A stretch of 64,000 nucleotides of DNA from the IMG/VR virus record IMGVR_UViG_3300021430_000613, positions 7,767 through 71,766 of that record; one strand, 5' to 3'. Below the pieces are notes generated by a model. That model ran no database searches, was not told the origin of the DNA, and worked only from the letters and a program-made list of their open reading frames with translations. This stretch comes from a virus (lineage: Duplodnaviria; Caudoviricetes). This document shows positions 8,901 to 17,451 of the stretch, piece by piece. Made by a program: the position numbers and the translations under genes. Within the stretch, counting starts at the first letter, position 1. Each line of letters starts with the position of its first letter.

Positions 8901-10122
8901 CTGTATTAATATCATTGGCAAATGTTGTAACACTTGTGCCAGTTAATGTAACAGTTAGTTCAGTATCACTGCCTATTTTTATTTTACAAGAATCGCCAGA
9001 ATTTAAAACAGGGCTTGGTATATTTCCAGTAATTACACGAGCAGATGCTTCTCTCCATCCCCACCCAGCTAAGGTTGCATCTGTAGAACCAACTTTAAAC
9101 CAACGAGCAACTGTGCTTCCACCGGCTACTATATTTATTTTTTCCCATATTTCATTTTTAAATTTGCCATCGACACTTGCTAACGTGTTTACAGCTAGAT
9201 CGTTAACATCGCCAAATGTCTGTGATGGTAATATTACGTTTGCATCTGGATCAGCGTCTAATCCTAATTTTGTTAGAATGTTTGCACCAACCCCAGACAC
9301 TGCAAGTTCAATTCCAACTGAAATATCGCTTGAAACTAGTCTTAGATTATAAATTGATCCAACTGTTGTGCTATCAGCATAGTCAGCTTTGCCAATTCTT
9401 GAAACAATTTCTGCTCTAATTCCGTTTAAAGAAACAGCAGCATTACTGTTAATTTTACTAGCAATAGTGCTAAGGCTATCAGATGCTGTATATGCTATAG
9501 ATACTCCGTTGATTAATAATGTACCTGCTACTAACCCAGAGATTGCAGTTGTAGCATTTGTAATAACAGGATCAATACTATATCCTTGAGAAATTCTTTC
9601 AAGATTTGCTGAACTACTTATTATTGATGGAACTCTTGATTGCCAGCTAAAGGCTGGATTTGAATTACCGTTTGAACGAAATAATCCAAATGTAGTCTTA
9701 CTGAGATCGAGCCAGCTTTGTCCTGAAATTGGGTCGCCAGATGGTTCTGTAGTACTAGGAATTAATGCAGCTAAATCTAAATCAGCTCTAAGAACATATG
9801 CTTGGTTAGCAATTCCTAGGTATTCATATAGAGTAAATAATCCAATTTCATTTAATTCGTTATCATATTCAACTGTTCCGCCGCTGCTATAAAATACTGG
9901 AGCACCAAACTGTGTTAGAGCATCGCGTTGACTGGTGATTAGCCATAATTTACCTGCATTTGACTGTGTTGTACCAGATGCAACTTGAGTTGTGCTGCCA
10001 GACTGATATTTGTTAGTTTTTGTGGCAATTACTATAAGCGGTATAGTGCCCGGACCAGATGTACCATATTGACTTTCGTCGGTTACTGTAACTGAAACTC
10101 CAGGTGATTCAAGAATGGCCAT
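5995..10122 (-). CDS. gp18: Tail sheath protein (gp18-like) with a large internal insertion
   Basis: N-terminal ESPGVSVTVTDES; C-terminal WFAPAGYNRG, RDILYRNKINPI, YGQKTL, ALDRINVARL, LFEPND, NTPDRIDRNEL..D..IKPEKAIEFVYI. Confidence 0.95.
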   Translation of the reverse strand: MAILESPGVSVTVTDESQYGTSGPGTIPLIVIATKTNKYQSGSTTQVASGTTQSNAGKLWLITSQRDALTQFGAPVFYSSGGTVEYDNELNEIGLFTLYEYLGIANQAYVLRADLDLAALIPSTTEPSGDPISGQSWLDLSKTTFGLFRSNGNSNPAFSWQSRVPSIISSSANLERISQGYSIDPVITNATTAISGLVAGTLLINGVSIAYTASDSLSTIASKINSNAAVSLNGIRAEIVSRIGKADYADSTTVGSIYNLRLVSSDISVGIELAVSGVGANILTKLGLDADPDANVILPSQTFGDVNDLAVNTLASVDGKFKNEIWEKINIVAGGSTVARWFKVGSTDATLAGWGWREASARVITGNIPSPVLNSGDSCKIKIGSDTELTVTLTGTSVTTFANDINTALDASNSGAGTNAYASVYTVGSKNYLRITNFDGTDIKINDIGNQADTAGHPFRDCGMPVTNTYWASVTGSVSNPSFTASQTRTQTVAVNNPGTGYEVDDTLTLTGGTSVSASTFKVTSARCVSVSISDGGTNYTAGDTLTWNAVSGGLGWTTPAIITVDSVLPGGIIDSISITNAGVYNSTSAVTNTADAQDVANPAAAGAEIVITLGVSTLSILNSGEYSAYVSPITNVATSSAGGGTGCTVNVTGELIGSEFTIDPGTGVPVTIEIPVSPGNTITGVKNAINASSIGIDNGGPIEASIVTSGSDNYLKIVNNNNTAFSLEDLSGLPLEDAGISAGITFGRKLVYQGWAPSLTPPSTVSDIASDNIWINTTATNQGANYVVKTYNGSTWQQLNTRPSTGTLPMYDSNSAADAGFGGLKQLGSTYVRYNTDGITPAEATQEVYQWQILGSGSAAWIPLEYTPSASVPRGTPADGTLWYNTNLRVDIMVNNGTQWLGYRNYYPATDPNGPLLSSIAPITQSTGAPLVDYDLWVDTAVTPYPQIYRYNAITQRWVLIDNTDQTTSQGIVFADARANATGTPTGSVVPSVMVLSDDGLDPDAPNALLYPAGMLLFNTRYSTNNVKVYRPDYFPELDWTARWVTASGNRTDGSPYMGSAAQRKVIINGLQGALAASDEARAEENFFNLIAVPGYPECIDEMIALNTDKKEVAFIVGDTPNTLPSTATDLQNWATNANNAAEMGVDGLTVSSPYVGLYYPWGLGTNLDGSSVVVPPSMMALRTIAFNDQVAYPWFAPAGYNRGLVTGVTSVGYVNNEGDYIPVSLNQGQRDILYRNKINPIANIPNRGLVVYGQKTLSPVSSALDRINVARLINYLKYQFDQLANPFLFEPNDSQTRQNVTQSFISFMNTMISTRAVYDFAVVCDTSNNTPDRIDRNELWIDVAIKPEKAIEFVYIPIRILNTGDPLPSGVAA

Positions 10123-10162
10123 ATATTACCTCACTTTTTAATTAAATATTGTTAAGCATGTT

Positions 10163-10170
10163 TATTTATC
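10163..10170 (-). promoter_or_regulatory. Late promoter (GATAAATA) for the tail sheath
   Basis: Motif upstream of the GAGGT SD and ATG 10122. Confidence 0.7.
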
Positions 10171-10236
10171 AACTTATGGTAAAAAATAGCTTGATTTGGA
10201 CTTGATAAACCAGGTCGCCATCTATTAATATTAATT

Positions 10237-10848
10237 ATGAAAAAAACAATAGTCGGGTTAGTTGGTTTTATAGGAAGCGGAAAAGGAACTGTTTCAAGTT
10301 ATCTAAAAGACACTTACAATTTTCAAAATTTAAGTTTTGCTAAAACTCTAAAAGATGCTGTGGCAAATATTTTTCATTGGCCGAGAAATTTATTAGAAGG
10401 TGATACATCAGAGAGCCGTCAATGGAGAGAAGAAATTGACATATGGTGGGCTAACAGACTTGATATTCCTCATCTTACTCCGCGATGGGTTTTACAAAAT
10501 CTAGGAACAAATGTAATACGTAAGGAGTTCCACGACGACATGTGGATTGCCAGTTTAGAACGTTCATTGTTAGACTTAGAAGGAAATTATGTTATTAGTG
10601 ATTTAAGATTTCCTAATGAAATAAAAATGTTAAAAAATCAGAATAGTAAGATTTGGTGGATTCAACGAGGAGATTTACCAGTTTGGTATAATACCGCGTA
10701 CTATGATAAAAATCAGATGTCTTTAAAGTTTCCAACGGTTCACGAATCTGAATATGCGTGGATCAATCAAGCTAGATACACTGTTATTATTAACAACGGA
10801 ACATTAGAAGATTTACATGCTCAAGTTGACACATGTCTGAAATTATGA
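10237..10848 (+). CDS. Deoxynucleoside monophosphate kinase (T4 gp1-like)
   Basis: GLVGFIGSGKGT P-loop, SFAKTLKDAV, TPRWVLQNLGT, VISDLRFPNE, HESE. Confidence 0.92.
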   Translation: MKKTIVGLVGFIGSGKGTVSSYLKDTYNFQNLSFAKTLKDAVANIFHWPRNLLEGDTSESRQWREEIDIWWANRLDIPHLTPRWVLQNLGTNVIRKEFHDDMWIASLERSLLDLEGNYVISDLRFPNEIKMLKNQNSKIWWIQRGDLPVWYNTAYYDKNQMSLKFPTVHESEYAWINQARYTVIINNGTLEDLHAQVDTCLKL

Positions 10849-11405
10849 ATATGTGTTTAAGCGGAGGAGCGGAAGGTGCCGATACCGTCTGGGCAAATTT
10901 AGCAAGAGAACACAAACATCAAGTAGTTCATTGGTCATTTAAAAAACATGATGTATTTGATCAGAAAGATGTTTCTATACTCGACGACGAAAAGCTATTA
11001 ACAGCTGACTCGTATATTGTGTTAGCAAATAAAAATATAAACAGAAAATGGCCAACTAAAAGTTGGTACGTAAATAATTTAATTAGAAGAAATTTTTACC
11101 AAGTAAACTGGGCTGATAGTGTTTATGCGATATCTACTCTGATAAAAGACTCAAGTCTTCTTAGAGTAAAAGGAGGTACTGCATGGGCATGTCAAATGTA
11201 TATTGACCGTTGGTTGCATACGAACACAAATCTTAATTCGTGTTATTTGTATCTATTTGATCAAAATCAATTGAAATGGTTCTCATGGAAAGGGAGTTGG
11301 ACAGAAATTGTTAAACCACCAACTCCACAAGGAGTTTATGCAGGTATCGGTACACGAGAAATTAACAATGAAGGTATCAAAGCTATAATAGACGTTTATA
11401 GATGA
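10845..11405 (+). CDS. SLOG-superfamily (DprA/YspA-like) nucleotide-binding protein
   Basis: CLSGGAEGAD motif, RRNFYQV..ADSVYA, GGTAWA; ATG 10845 overlaps the kinase stop (track start 10833). Confidence 0.55.
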   Translation: MNMCLSGGAEGADTVWANLAREHKHQVVHWSFKKHDVFDQKDVSILDDEKLLTADSYIVLANKNINRKWPTKSWYVNNLIRRNFYQVNWADSVYAISTLIKDSSLLRVKGGTAWACQMYIDRWLHTNTNLNSCYLYLFDQNQLKWFSWKGSWTEIVKPPTPQGVYAGIGTREINNEGIKAIIDVYR

Positions 11406-11881
11406 AGTGATAAACCGTCAAACAAGGTTCTAAATTCAAAATGGTTCCTGTCTCCTAAAAACCAAGCACAGGTTAGTTCTTCTCTAGTCAATAATACTCG
11501 ACCGTCATCCATAGTCTTAACAATCTGAGTTTTTGCATTAGGTGGTATCAAACCAGCAACTTCCATATTTTCAACAAAAAATGGATAACTAGGATCAGTT
11601 ATACTATTGAATAAAACTATAGATTCATCAAGCTGTGAAGCATTTCGAAGACGGTAAGTAATATCAAGTATAGAAGCGCCGAGCACAATAGTGGTATTAA
11701 AATAAACAGCACCTTGTGCTTTACCATCTTTTATATATTCCTGCACCATTCGATGCCGATTATATATTCCCATCATTTGCACACCGGCATGATGACACTG
11801 ACTCATTGCCTTCCCTGGATTCATACTAGGAAGGTCGGTACGAACCAAGAGGTAACAAATCAAATCTCGTTCATCAGCCAT
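11396..11881 (-). CDS. Peptidyl-tRNA hydrolase II (PTH2)-like protein
   Basis: YLLVRTDLPSMNPGKAMSQCHHA matches the PTH2 N-terminal signature (lvvR.DL.M..GK.aaQ..HA); ATG 11881 with GAAGGGA SD. Confidence 0.7.
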   Translation of the reverse strand: MADERDLICYLLVRTDLPSMNPGKAMSQCHHAGVQMMGIYNRHRMVQEYIKDGKAQGAVYFNTTIVLGASILDITYRLRNASQLDESIVLFNSITDPSYPFFVENMEVAGLIPPNAKTQIVKTMDDGRVLLTREELTCAWFLGDRNHFEFRTLFDGLSLHL

Positions 11882-11973
11882 ATGATGATCCCTTCTCAAT
11901 TACCCTTCATATTTACACGATTAATGTGGTATTGTCAACCGTCTGAACGCCATCGTGATGCTAAATAAATAAA

Positions 11974-13017
11974 ATGAAATCGATAATGAAAACACACTTT
12001 GCGCATCCAATATTTCTTCAAAATGAATATATGGATCAATACATTAAATTAGTCTACAAGGATACCGTATATGACCAAAAGGTCTATACTGAGAGACACC
12101 ATATTGTCCCCGAAAGCCTGTTCAAGAAAAGAACTCGAAATGGACCATCAGGTTGGTTAGATGGTAATCCAAATTCAAAAGATAACATTGTTAGGTTGAG
12201 TCCCAAAGATCATTACCTAGCACATAAACTACTCACTCTGTTCACTGTTGATGACGCCAAAAAGAAAATGGTGTACGCCTTGTCGGCATTCATCAGAAAT
12301 AGCAGAAAAAGGCAATTAACCGATGCTCAAATTCAAGAGGCACGACAGGCTAGCTCAATAGCCAATCTAGGAAATACAAACAATAAAAATAAACATTACT
12401 ACACAGATGGGAAAACGCAGATGCTGTTGTATGAATCCCCGGGGCCAGGATGGAAAATGGGAAAATTATCAAAAATTAGAGATTGGTGGAACAATGGCCA
12501 AGATGAGCGTATGGGAGAATATCCCGGAGACGGTTGGGTAAGTGGTAGACTAAAAAGAAAATGGTGGACAAATGGCACATCAGATGTCATGTCTATGACC
12601 TGTCCGGGAGAGGGATGGATATCAGGAAGAACCAACCGGAAAAATAAACTATGGTATAACAATGGTCTTGTTATGAAACAATCATCTATCAGTCCTGGCT
12701 CAGGTTGGGTTAGGGGAAAATTACCTACTGACCAAAAATGGTGGCACTATCAAGGACAACGCACTCTATCAGAGAACCGTCCGGGCCTGGAATGGGAATT
12801 AGGATTTGGGGATAGTTGGGCAAAAAATACAAGAGTTTGGCATAAGGACGGCATCACAAAAAGATCCACAAACTGTCCGGGAGATGGGTGGGTACAAGGT
12901 ACATTAGGACCTGGTAATCAATTGAATAAATCTTGGTATAACAATGGTGTTAAAAATACACTTTCGCATGAACCACCTAGTGCAGATTGGGTCCTAGGAC
13001 GTCTTAAACGTAATTGA
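11974..13017 (+). CDS. Free-standing HNH homing endonuclease with seven tandem C-terminal repeats
   Basis: YTERHHIVP...NIVRLSPKDHYLAHKLL HNH motif; 7 x W(Y/W)xN/DG-x9-PGxGWxxGR/KL; late-type TAAATA immediately upstream. Confidence 0.85.
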   Translation: MKSIMKTHFAHPIFLQNEYMDQYIKLVYKDTVYDQKVYTERHHIVPESLFKKRTRNGPSGWLDGNPNSKDNIVRLSPKDHYLAHKLLTLFTVDDAKKKMVYALSAFIRNSRKRQLTDAQIQEARQASSIANLGNTNNKNKHYYTDGKTQMLLYESPGPGWKMGKLSKIRDWWNNGQDERMGEYPGDGWVSGRLKRKWWTNGTSDVMSMTCPGEGWISGRTNRKNKLWYNNGLVMKQSSISPGSGWVRGKLPTDQKWWHYQGQRTLSENRPGLEWELGFGDSWAKNTRVWHKDGITKRSTNCPGDGWVQGTLGPGNQLNKSWYNNGVKNTLSHEPPSADWVLGRLKRN

Positions 13018-13021
13018 TCAA

Positions 13022-13100
13022 GTGGCTTGCCCAGATTCATGCTGGGCATATCAGTGCGGGCCAGGATGTAGACCGCAAGGTCCATAGTATTTTCTTCCAT
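13022..13100 (-). pseudogene. Truncated 5' fragment of a second PTH2-like gene
   Basis: GGAGA SD, then MEENTMDLAVYILARTDMPSMNLGK (13/20 identical to the full copy); the frame then runs antisense into the HNH gene. Confidence 0.7.
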
Positions 13101-13143
13101 GGTTATCTCCTATGAAAGATAATAGCACAGTATGTATGATAAA

Positions 13144-13896
13144 TCAACCAATAACAATCATCGGCGGGCTAGAACTGTCAATATACAGATCAATTTCTCG
13201 TTCTAATTGCTCGCGCATTTCTTTAGATTCATTTTTTAAGGCGTCACCTTTTAATGTAGTACCACCTTGTGGTCCAATAATAGTAGACATTTTACTGTAA
13301 GCTTCGCCTAACATTTGCTTAGACCAAGCTAGCGCATAATTTCTAATCCAAGGTCTAATATATGGATCTTGCAGTAACTGGTCGTCACTTTTATCTTTCA
13401 TTACCCATAATACAACAGATTCTGGACCAATTGGTTTACGAATAAGCTGCAATTTTTTAGTAACTGGGTCGTATGTAAAATTCATATATGCACCAAACAT
13501 ACGTCCAGCTTGTTTTAAATATTGATTAAACAATTCGTATGTTAACAAACCAGCTGTGTATCCGCCACCGGCACCGGCCTGTAACAAATATAAATTAGTA
13601 TAAGCCAAACTAAACGGATCAAGTTGTGTTCCGCCGCCGGTTTCCCCTAATCCTCTTCTAAATATTTGACGTACTTGTACTATTTCATCTGGCAGCGTAT
13701 AAAGATTAGTATCTGGTAAAATTTTAAGAAACATATATGCTTCTTCCATGCTATTACCAGCACGTTGACGATATCTATCAAATGCAAGTCTCATTGCCAT
13801 ATCATAATGAGACGGATTAAGCTCAACGTCTATCATTTCATCGCCTAACATAAGGCGTATATCGTCGATTATTTTCTGTTTTGTTGTGATTGCCAT
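13144..13896 (-). CDS. gp13: Neck protein (gp13-like, head-tail adaptor)
   Basis: IDDIRLMLGDEMIDVEL, YTLPDEIVQVRQIFR, WIRNYALA..KQMLGEAYSK, GGTTL.G..L..E. Confidence 0.88.
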   Translation of the reverse strand: MAITTKQKIIDDIRLMLGDEMIDVELNPSHYDMAMRLAFDRYRQRAGNSMEEAYMFLKILPDTNLYTLPDEIVQVRQIFRRGLGETGGGTQLDPFSLAYTNLYLLQAGAGGGYTAGLLTYELFNQYLKQAGRMFGAYMNFTYDPVTKKLQLIRKPIGPESVVLWVMKDKSDDQLLQDPYIRPWIRNYALAWSKQMLGEAYSKMSTIIGPQGGTTLKGDALKNESKEMREQLEREIDLYIDSSSPPMIVIG

Positions 13897-13903
13897 GGTC
13901 CTT

Positions 13904-13928
13904 TATTTATCCAATTTATTGATAAATA
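13904..13928. promoter_or_regulatory. Back-to-back late promoters (GATAAATA on both strands)
   Basis: Minus copy 13904-13911 faces gp13; plus copy 13921-13928 faces gp14. Confidence 0.7.
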
Positions 13929-13949
13929 TCAAAAATAGGATATTTTATA

Positions 13950-15074
13950 ATGACAAGATTAAGTTTATGGCGAGGGGCATCGGTTCGTACCAATGATTAC
14001 AAATTTATAGACAGAATTGTTGCTGAACAATATGAAATTGGCGGAACAGAGTTTTATATACATAAATTAAATGGTGTAAGCCCGCAAAGCGGAGCTCCTG
14101 ACCCATTAACAGTGGATTTAAATGCATTTGGGTCAGATGATCCAAGTATGGTTATTCAAGATTCACTGAATATGGAAGTTCGTGATAGAAAATATGATCC
14201 AGATGTTTACAGTCTACGAGGACACTATCAAATATCAGACACTGAATTTGATCTAAGACAATTTGGATTATTCTTATCAAATGATACTATTTTCATTACA
14301 TTCCATATGAATAAAATGGTTGATCAACTAGGTCGTCGTCTAATGAGCGGTGATGTTATTGAAATAGTGCATCAACGCGACGATTTGGTACAAGGACAAA
14401 ACATTGCCATAAGCAAATATTATGTCGTACAGGAAGGTACACGACCTGCTGAAGGTTATAGTCCTACATGGTGGCCGCATTTATGGCGTGTTAAATGTAA
14501 TCCAATGACAGATAGTCAAGAATTTAGAGACATTTTACAGTTACCTGCACTAGATGTTAACGGTGATCCAATTCCAAATCCAAGTGGTTGTGGTGGATAT
14601 TCTACACTTCAAGATATTCTCAGTACAAACGATAACGAACTTAAAATCAACGATGCAATTCTTAAAGAAGCAGAAATTCAAGTGCCTTTTAGATATTTTC
14701 AAAGTCAGCATTATTATATTCTGCCAAATCAAAATCCAAATGTAGTTAACGGAATGGATATTTGGACTGGTGATGGAATTCCACCTAATGAAAGCAATCC
14801 TGTACCAAACGGTGTATCATGGCCAGATAATCCATTAATTGGTGACTATTTTCTGCGTACTGATTATAATCCACCTGTATTATACCAACGGCTTGATAAT
14901 AAATGGGTAAGAATTGAAACTGCATGGAGAAATCCGTGGAAACCAGCTAATCAAGGATTGGTCAGTTTTATTAATAATGATAATATTACTACACTAACCG
15001 ACGGCACCAAGGTACCACAAAAACAGTCTCTTCGTACAGCTACTAAAGCTAAGCCAGACCCAGACATAATATAA
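13950..15074 (+). CDS. gp14: Neck protein (gp14-like, head closure)
   Basis: DYKFIDR...E....GGT...IHK, IQD...E.RDRKYD.D.Y.LRG.Y...D..FDL.QFGLFL.ND, GDVIE. Confidence 0.82.
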   Translation: MTRLSLWRGASVRTNDYKFIDRIVAEQYEIGGTEFYIHKLNGVSPQSGAPDPLTVDLNAFGSDDPSMVIQDSLNMEVRDRKYDPDVYSLRGHYQISDTEFDLRQFGLFLSNDTIFITFHMNKMVDQLGRRLMSGDVIEIVHQRDDLVQGQNIAISKYYVVQEGTRPAEGYSPTWWPHLWRVKCNPMTDSQEFRDILQLPALDVNGDPIPNPSGCGGYSTLQDILSTNDNELKINDAILKEAEIQVPFRYFQSQHYYILPNQNPNVVNGMDIWTGDGIPPNESNPVPNGVSWPDNPLIGDYFLRTDYNPPVLYQRLDNKWVRIETAWRNPWKPANQGLVSFINNDNITTLTDGTKVPQKQSLRTATKAKPDPDII

Positions 15075-15084
15075 AGGAATTATA

Positions 15085-15705
15085 ATGTATAACTTTGATT
15101 TTACCGAAGATAAATTTTCACAATGTATTCCAAATAAAAACTCACATGAATGGTTTTTAGCAGTATATCCAATTCTGGATCAATGGCAAATTAATAATAA
15201 AAACCGTGTTGCTGCTTGGTTAGCACAAACAGGACACGAAAGTGGTAATTTTAAATATCTTGTGGAAAATTTAAATTATTCCGCAAAAAGATTAACGGAA
15301 GTTTGGCCTAGACTATTTCCTACAATTGAAATAGCAAACCAGTATGCTGAAAATCCAGAAAAATTAGCTAATTATGTATATGCTAATAGAAACGGGAATG
15401 GAAATACTGAATCCGGAGACGGTTATAAATATCGAGGTCGAGGAATTATTCAATTGACAGGTAAAGCAAATTACAGAGATTGTAGTATCGGTATTTTTGG
15501 TGATGATACTTTACTAATAAATCCTGACAAATTAATTGAATATAATACTGCAGTACAATCAGCATGTTGGTTTTGGAATAATAAAAATCTAAATCAATAT
15601 GCCGATGATGGAGATATGGAAACTATTACTATACGAATAAATGGTGGAACTAACGGTCTTAATGACAGATTAGATAGATACTTTGCTGCATTATCAATAT
15701 TATAA
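15085..15705 (+). CDS. Glycoside hydrolase family 19 endolysin
   Basis: RVAAWLAQTGHESG, ENLNYS, DGYKYRGRGIIQLTGKANY, SACWFW, INGGTNGL.DR. Confidence 0.93.
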   Translation: MYNFDFTEDKFSQCIPNKNSHEWFLAVYPILDQWQINNKNRVAAWLAQTGHESGNFKYLVENLNYSAKRLTEVWPRLFPTIEIANQYAENPEKLANYVYANRNGNGNTESGDGYKYRGRGIIQLTGKANYRDCSIGIFGDDTLLINPDKLIEYNTAVQSACWFWNNKNLNQYADDGDMETITIRINGGTNGLNDRLDRYFAALSIL

Positions 15706-15721
15706 TATTGTTAATTATTGC

Positions 15722-15729
15722 TATAAATA
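15722..15729 (+). promoter_or_regulatory. Late promoter TATAAATA upstream of gp15 and the start of the glycosylation island
   Basis: Perfect T4 late consensus upstream of the GAGGA SD and ATG 15751. Confidence 0.75.
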
Positions 15730-15750
15730 ATCCACTACAGAGGAAATTTT

Positions 15751-17406
15751 ATGGATTATTGGTACAGTGCCCAGTTAAGGCAATATAGGTTACAAATTAT
15801 AAGAGCATTTAGTAATTTTAAAGTTGCTACAGGTCAAGGTGGGCCAAATAATACAGTTGAACTAATACGAGTACCTTGCAGATACGGAGACCCTTCTAGG
15901 GTAGCAGAACTAATTGTTAGAGGAAACAGTGAAAACAAAATACTGTCAACACCTTTTATTACCTGTACTATAAGTAGTCTTAACTTAGCACCAGAAAGAA
16001 GACAAGATCCTAGCTTAGTGCAACCTGCTTATGTTAACGAACGAGTCTACGATAACGAAACTCAACGATATACAAATAAAATTGGCAATAGATACACTAT
16101 TGATAGGTATATGGGTGTTCCTTACAACTTAGGGGTTCAAGTTGATATCTGGACCAATAATTTAAGTATCAAGGAACAATTATTGGAACAAATATTAGTG
16201 TTATTTAATCCTGCTATTGATATTCAGACCTCGGTTAACCCAGTAGACTGGACAGTTCTTACATATATTGAGATGCAGGATAGCATAACATGGTCAAGCC
16301 GTAGTATACCAATTGGAACTGAAAATCCCATTGATGTAGCAACTATAAATTTTAAAGTACCAATTTGGATAAATCCTCCTGCTAAGGTAAAGAAACAATC
16401 ACTTATACATCAAATAGTAACAAATATTGTTCAAGGATACAAAGATGAAAATGCTGTAGAATGGACTGAATATGAATTTATGGCAAGAACAACAACTACA
16501 CCAGGCGACGCTGTTATTCGTGTCAGACAGATACAAGGATACGATTATCAATTATCACTGTGTAATGCCAACGGATCTACCGAAGATAAGAATCAAAATC
16601 CAACTATAACATTAAGTAGTATAAATCCTGTGATATTACCGGGAATACAGTTTAAATGGAATAATATTACTTGTATGATCAATAGTACAACATTAGCAGG
16701 AGCAGTTGATGATATAAGATCATCATTAACAGGGTCTAAATTAAACTGTGTGTTGTTTAACGGAAATAGTATTCAATTTATCAATACCGATGCAGGAGAT
16801 AATACTTTTGAAGATATAATACCCGGATCATTAAACAAGCTTGGATTACTTGCAACCACATATCCAGGTGGAAATCTAGCATGGTGGCGACTTCTAGAAC
16901 TTTACGGAACACTAAAGCCATTTTCGTTATATGGTAATAATGCCAGTCAAATTAGACTTAAAACAGTCGATGATATTGAAAAAACCAACACTGATATTAT
17001 TGGATGGATCGACTTAGATCCAATAGATCAAAATAAAATAATTTTACATATCGATACAGAAAGTTTTCCAGTTACTACTATAGAACCAATTGATGCTATT
17101 ATCAATCCTGTGGAAAGTGGTCCAGGCATTAATTTACCTCAAGCTACTATAGGACAACGTTATCTAATCATTGAATCGCCAGCAGAACAAAGCGTAGCAT
17201 GGGGAATGATAAATGCAAAAGAAAATGATATTATTGAGTTTAATGGTTCAAACTGGGTATCAGCATGGACACCTAGTAATGAAAATAATTCAATCGAATA
17301 TGTAAAAAATAATCGAAGTTTAAAGATTTTTAGATATCATAGTGATATGTGGGAAGATTTGATATATCCAAAATATGTACCAGGTTACTGGCGCATTGCT
17401 TTATAG
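15751..17406 (+). CDS. gp15: Tail sheath stabiliser / tail terminator (gp15-like) with C-terminal extension
   Basis: QIIRAFSNF, VPCRYGD, VPYNL...VDIWT......QLLEQILVLFNP. Confidence 0.8.
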   Translation: MDYWYSAQLRQYRLQIIRAFSNFKVATGQGGPNNTVELIRVPCRYGDPSRVAELIVRGNSENKILSTPFITCTISSLNLAPERRQDPSLVQPAYVNERVYDNETQRYTNKIGNRYTIDRYMGVPYNLGVQVDIWTNNLSIKEQLLEQILVLFNPAIDIQTSVNPVDWTVLTYIEMQDSITWSSRSIPIGTENPIDVATINFKVPIWINPPAKVKKQSLIHQIVTNIVQGYKDENAVEWTEYEFMARTTTTPGDAVIRVRQIQGYDYQLSLCNANGSTEDKNQNPTITLSSINPVILPGIQFKWNNITCMINSTTLAGAVDDIRSSLTGSKLNCVLFNGNSIQFINTDAGDNTFEDIIPGSLNKLGLLATTYPGGNLAWWRLLELYGTLKPFSLYGNNASQIRLKTVDDIEKTNTDIIGWIDLDPIDQNKIILHIDTESFPVTTIEPIDAIINPVESGPGINLPQATIGQRYLIIESPAEQSVAWGMINAKENDIIEFNGSNWVSAWTPSNENNSIEYVKNNRSLKIFRYHSDMWEDLIYPKYVPGYWRIAL

Positions 17407-17451
17407 ACATAAAATATTGTTTTATAATAAAAGTTCAATTTATAATGCAAT

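Noticed and set aside
7982-9589. Plus-strand ORFs of 170+ aa inside the sheath gene
   Set aside because: Antisense in-register shadows with no SD or recognisable motifs
11396-13100. Group I intron in the PTH2 gene with HNH as the intron ORF
   Set aside because: The downstream copy is complete with its own start and SD, both pieces contain the same N-terminal motif, the HNH is antisense, and no P7/R-S core was recognised
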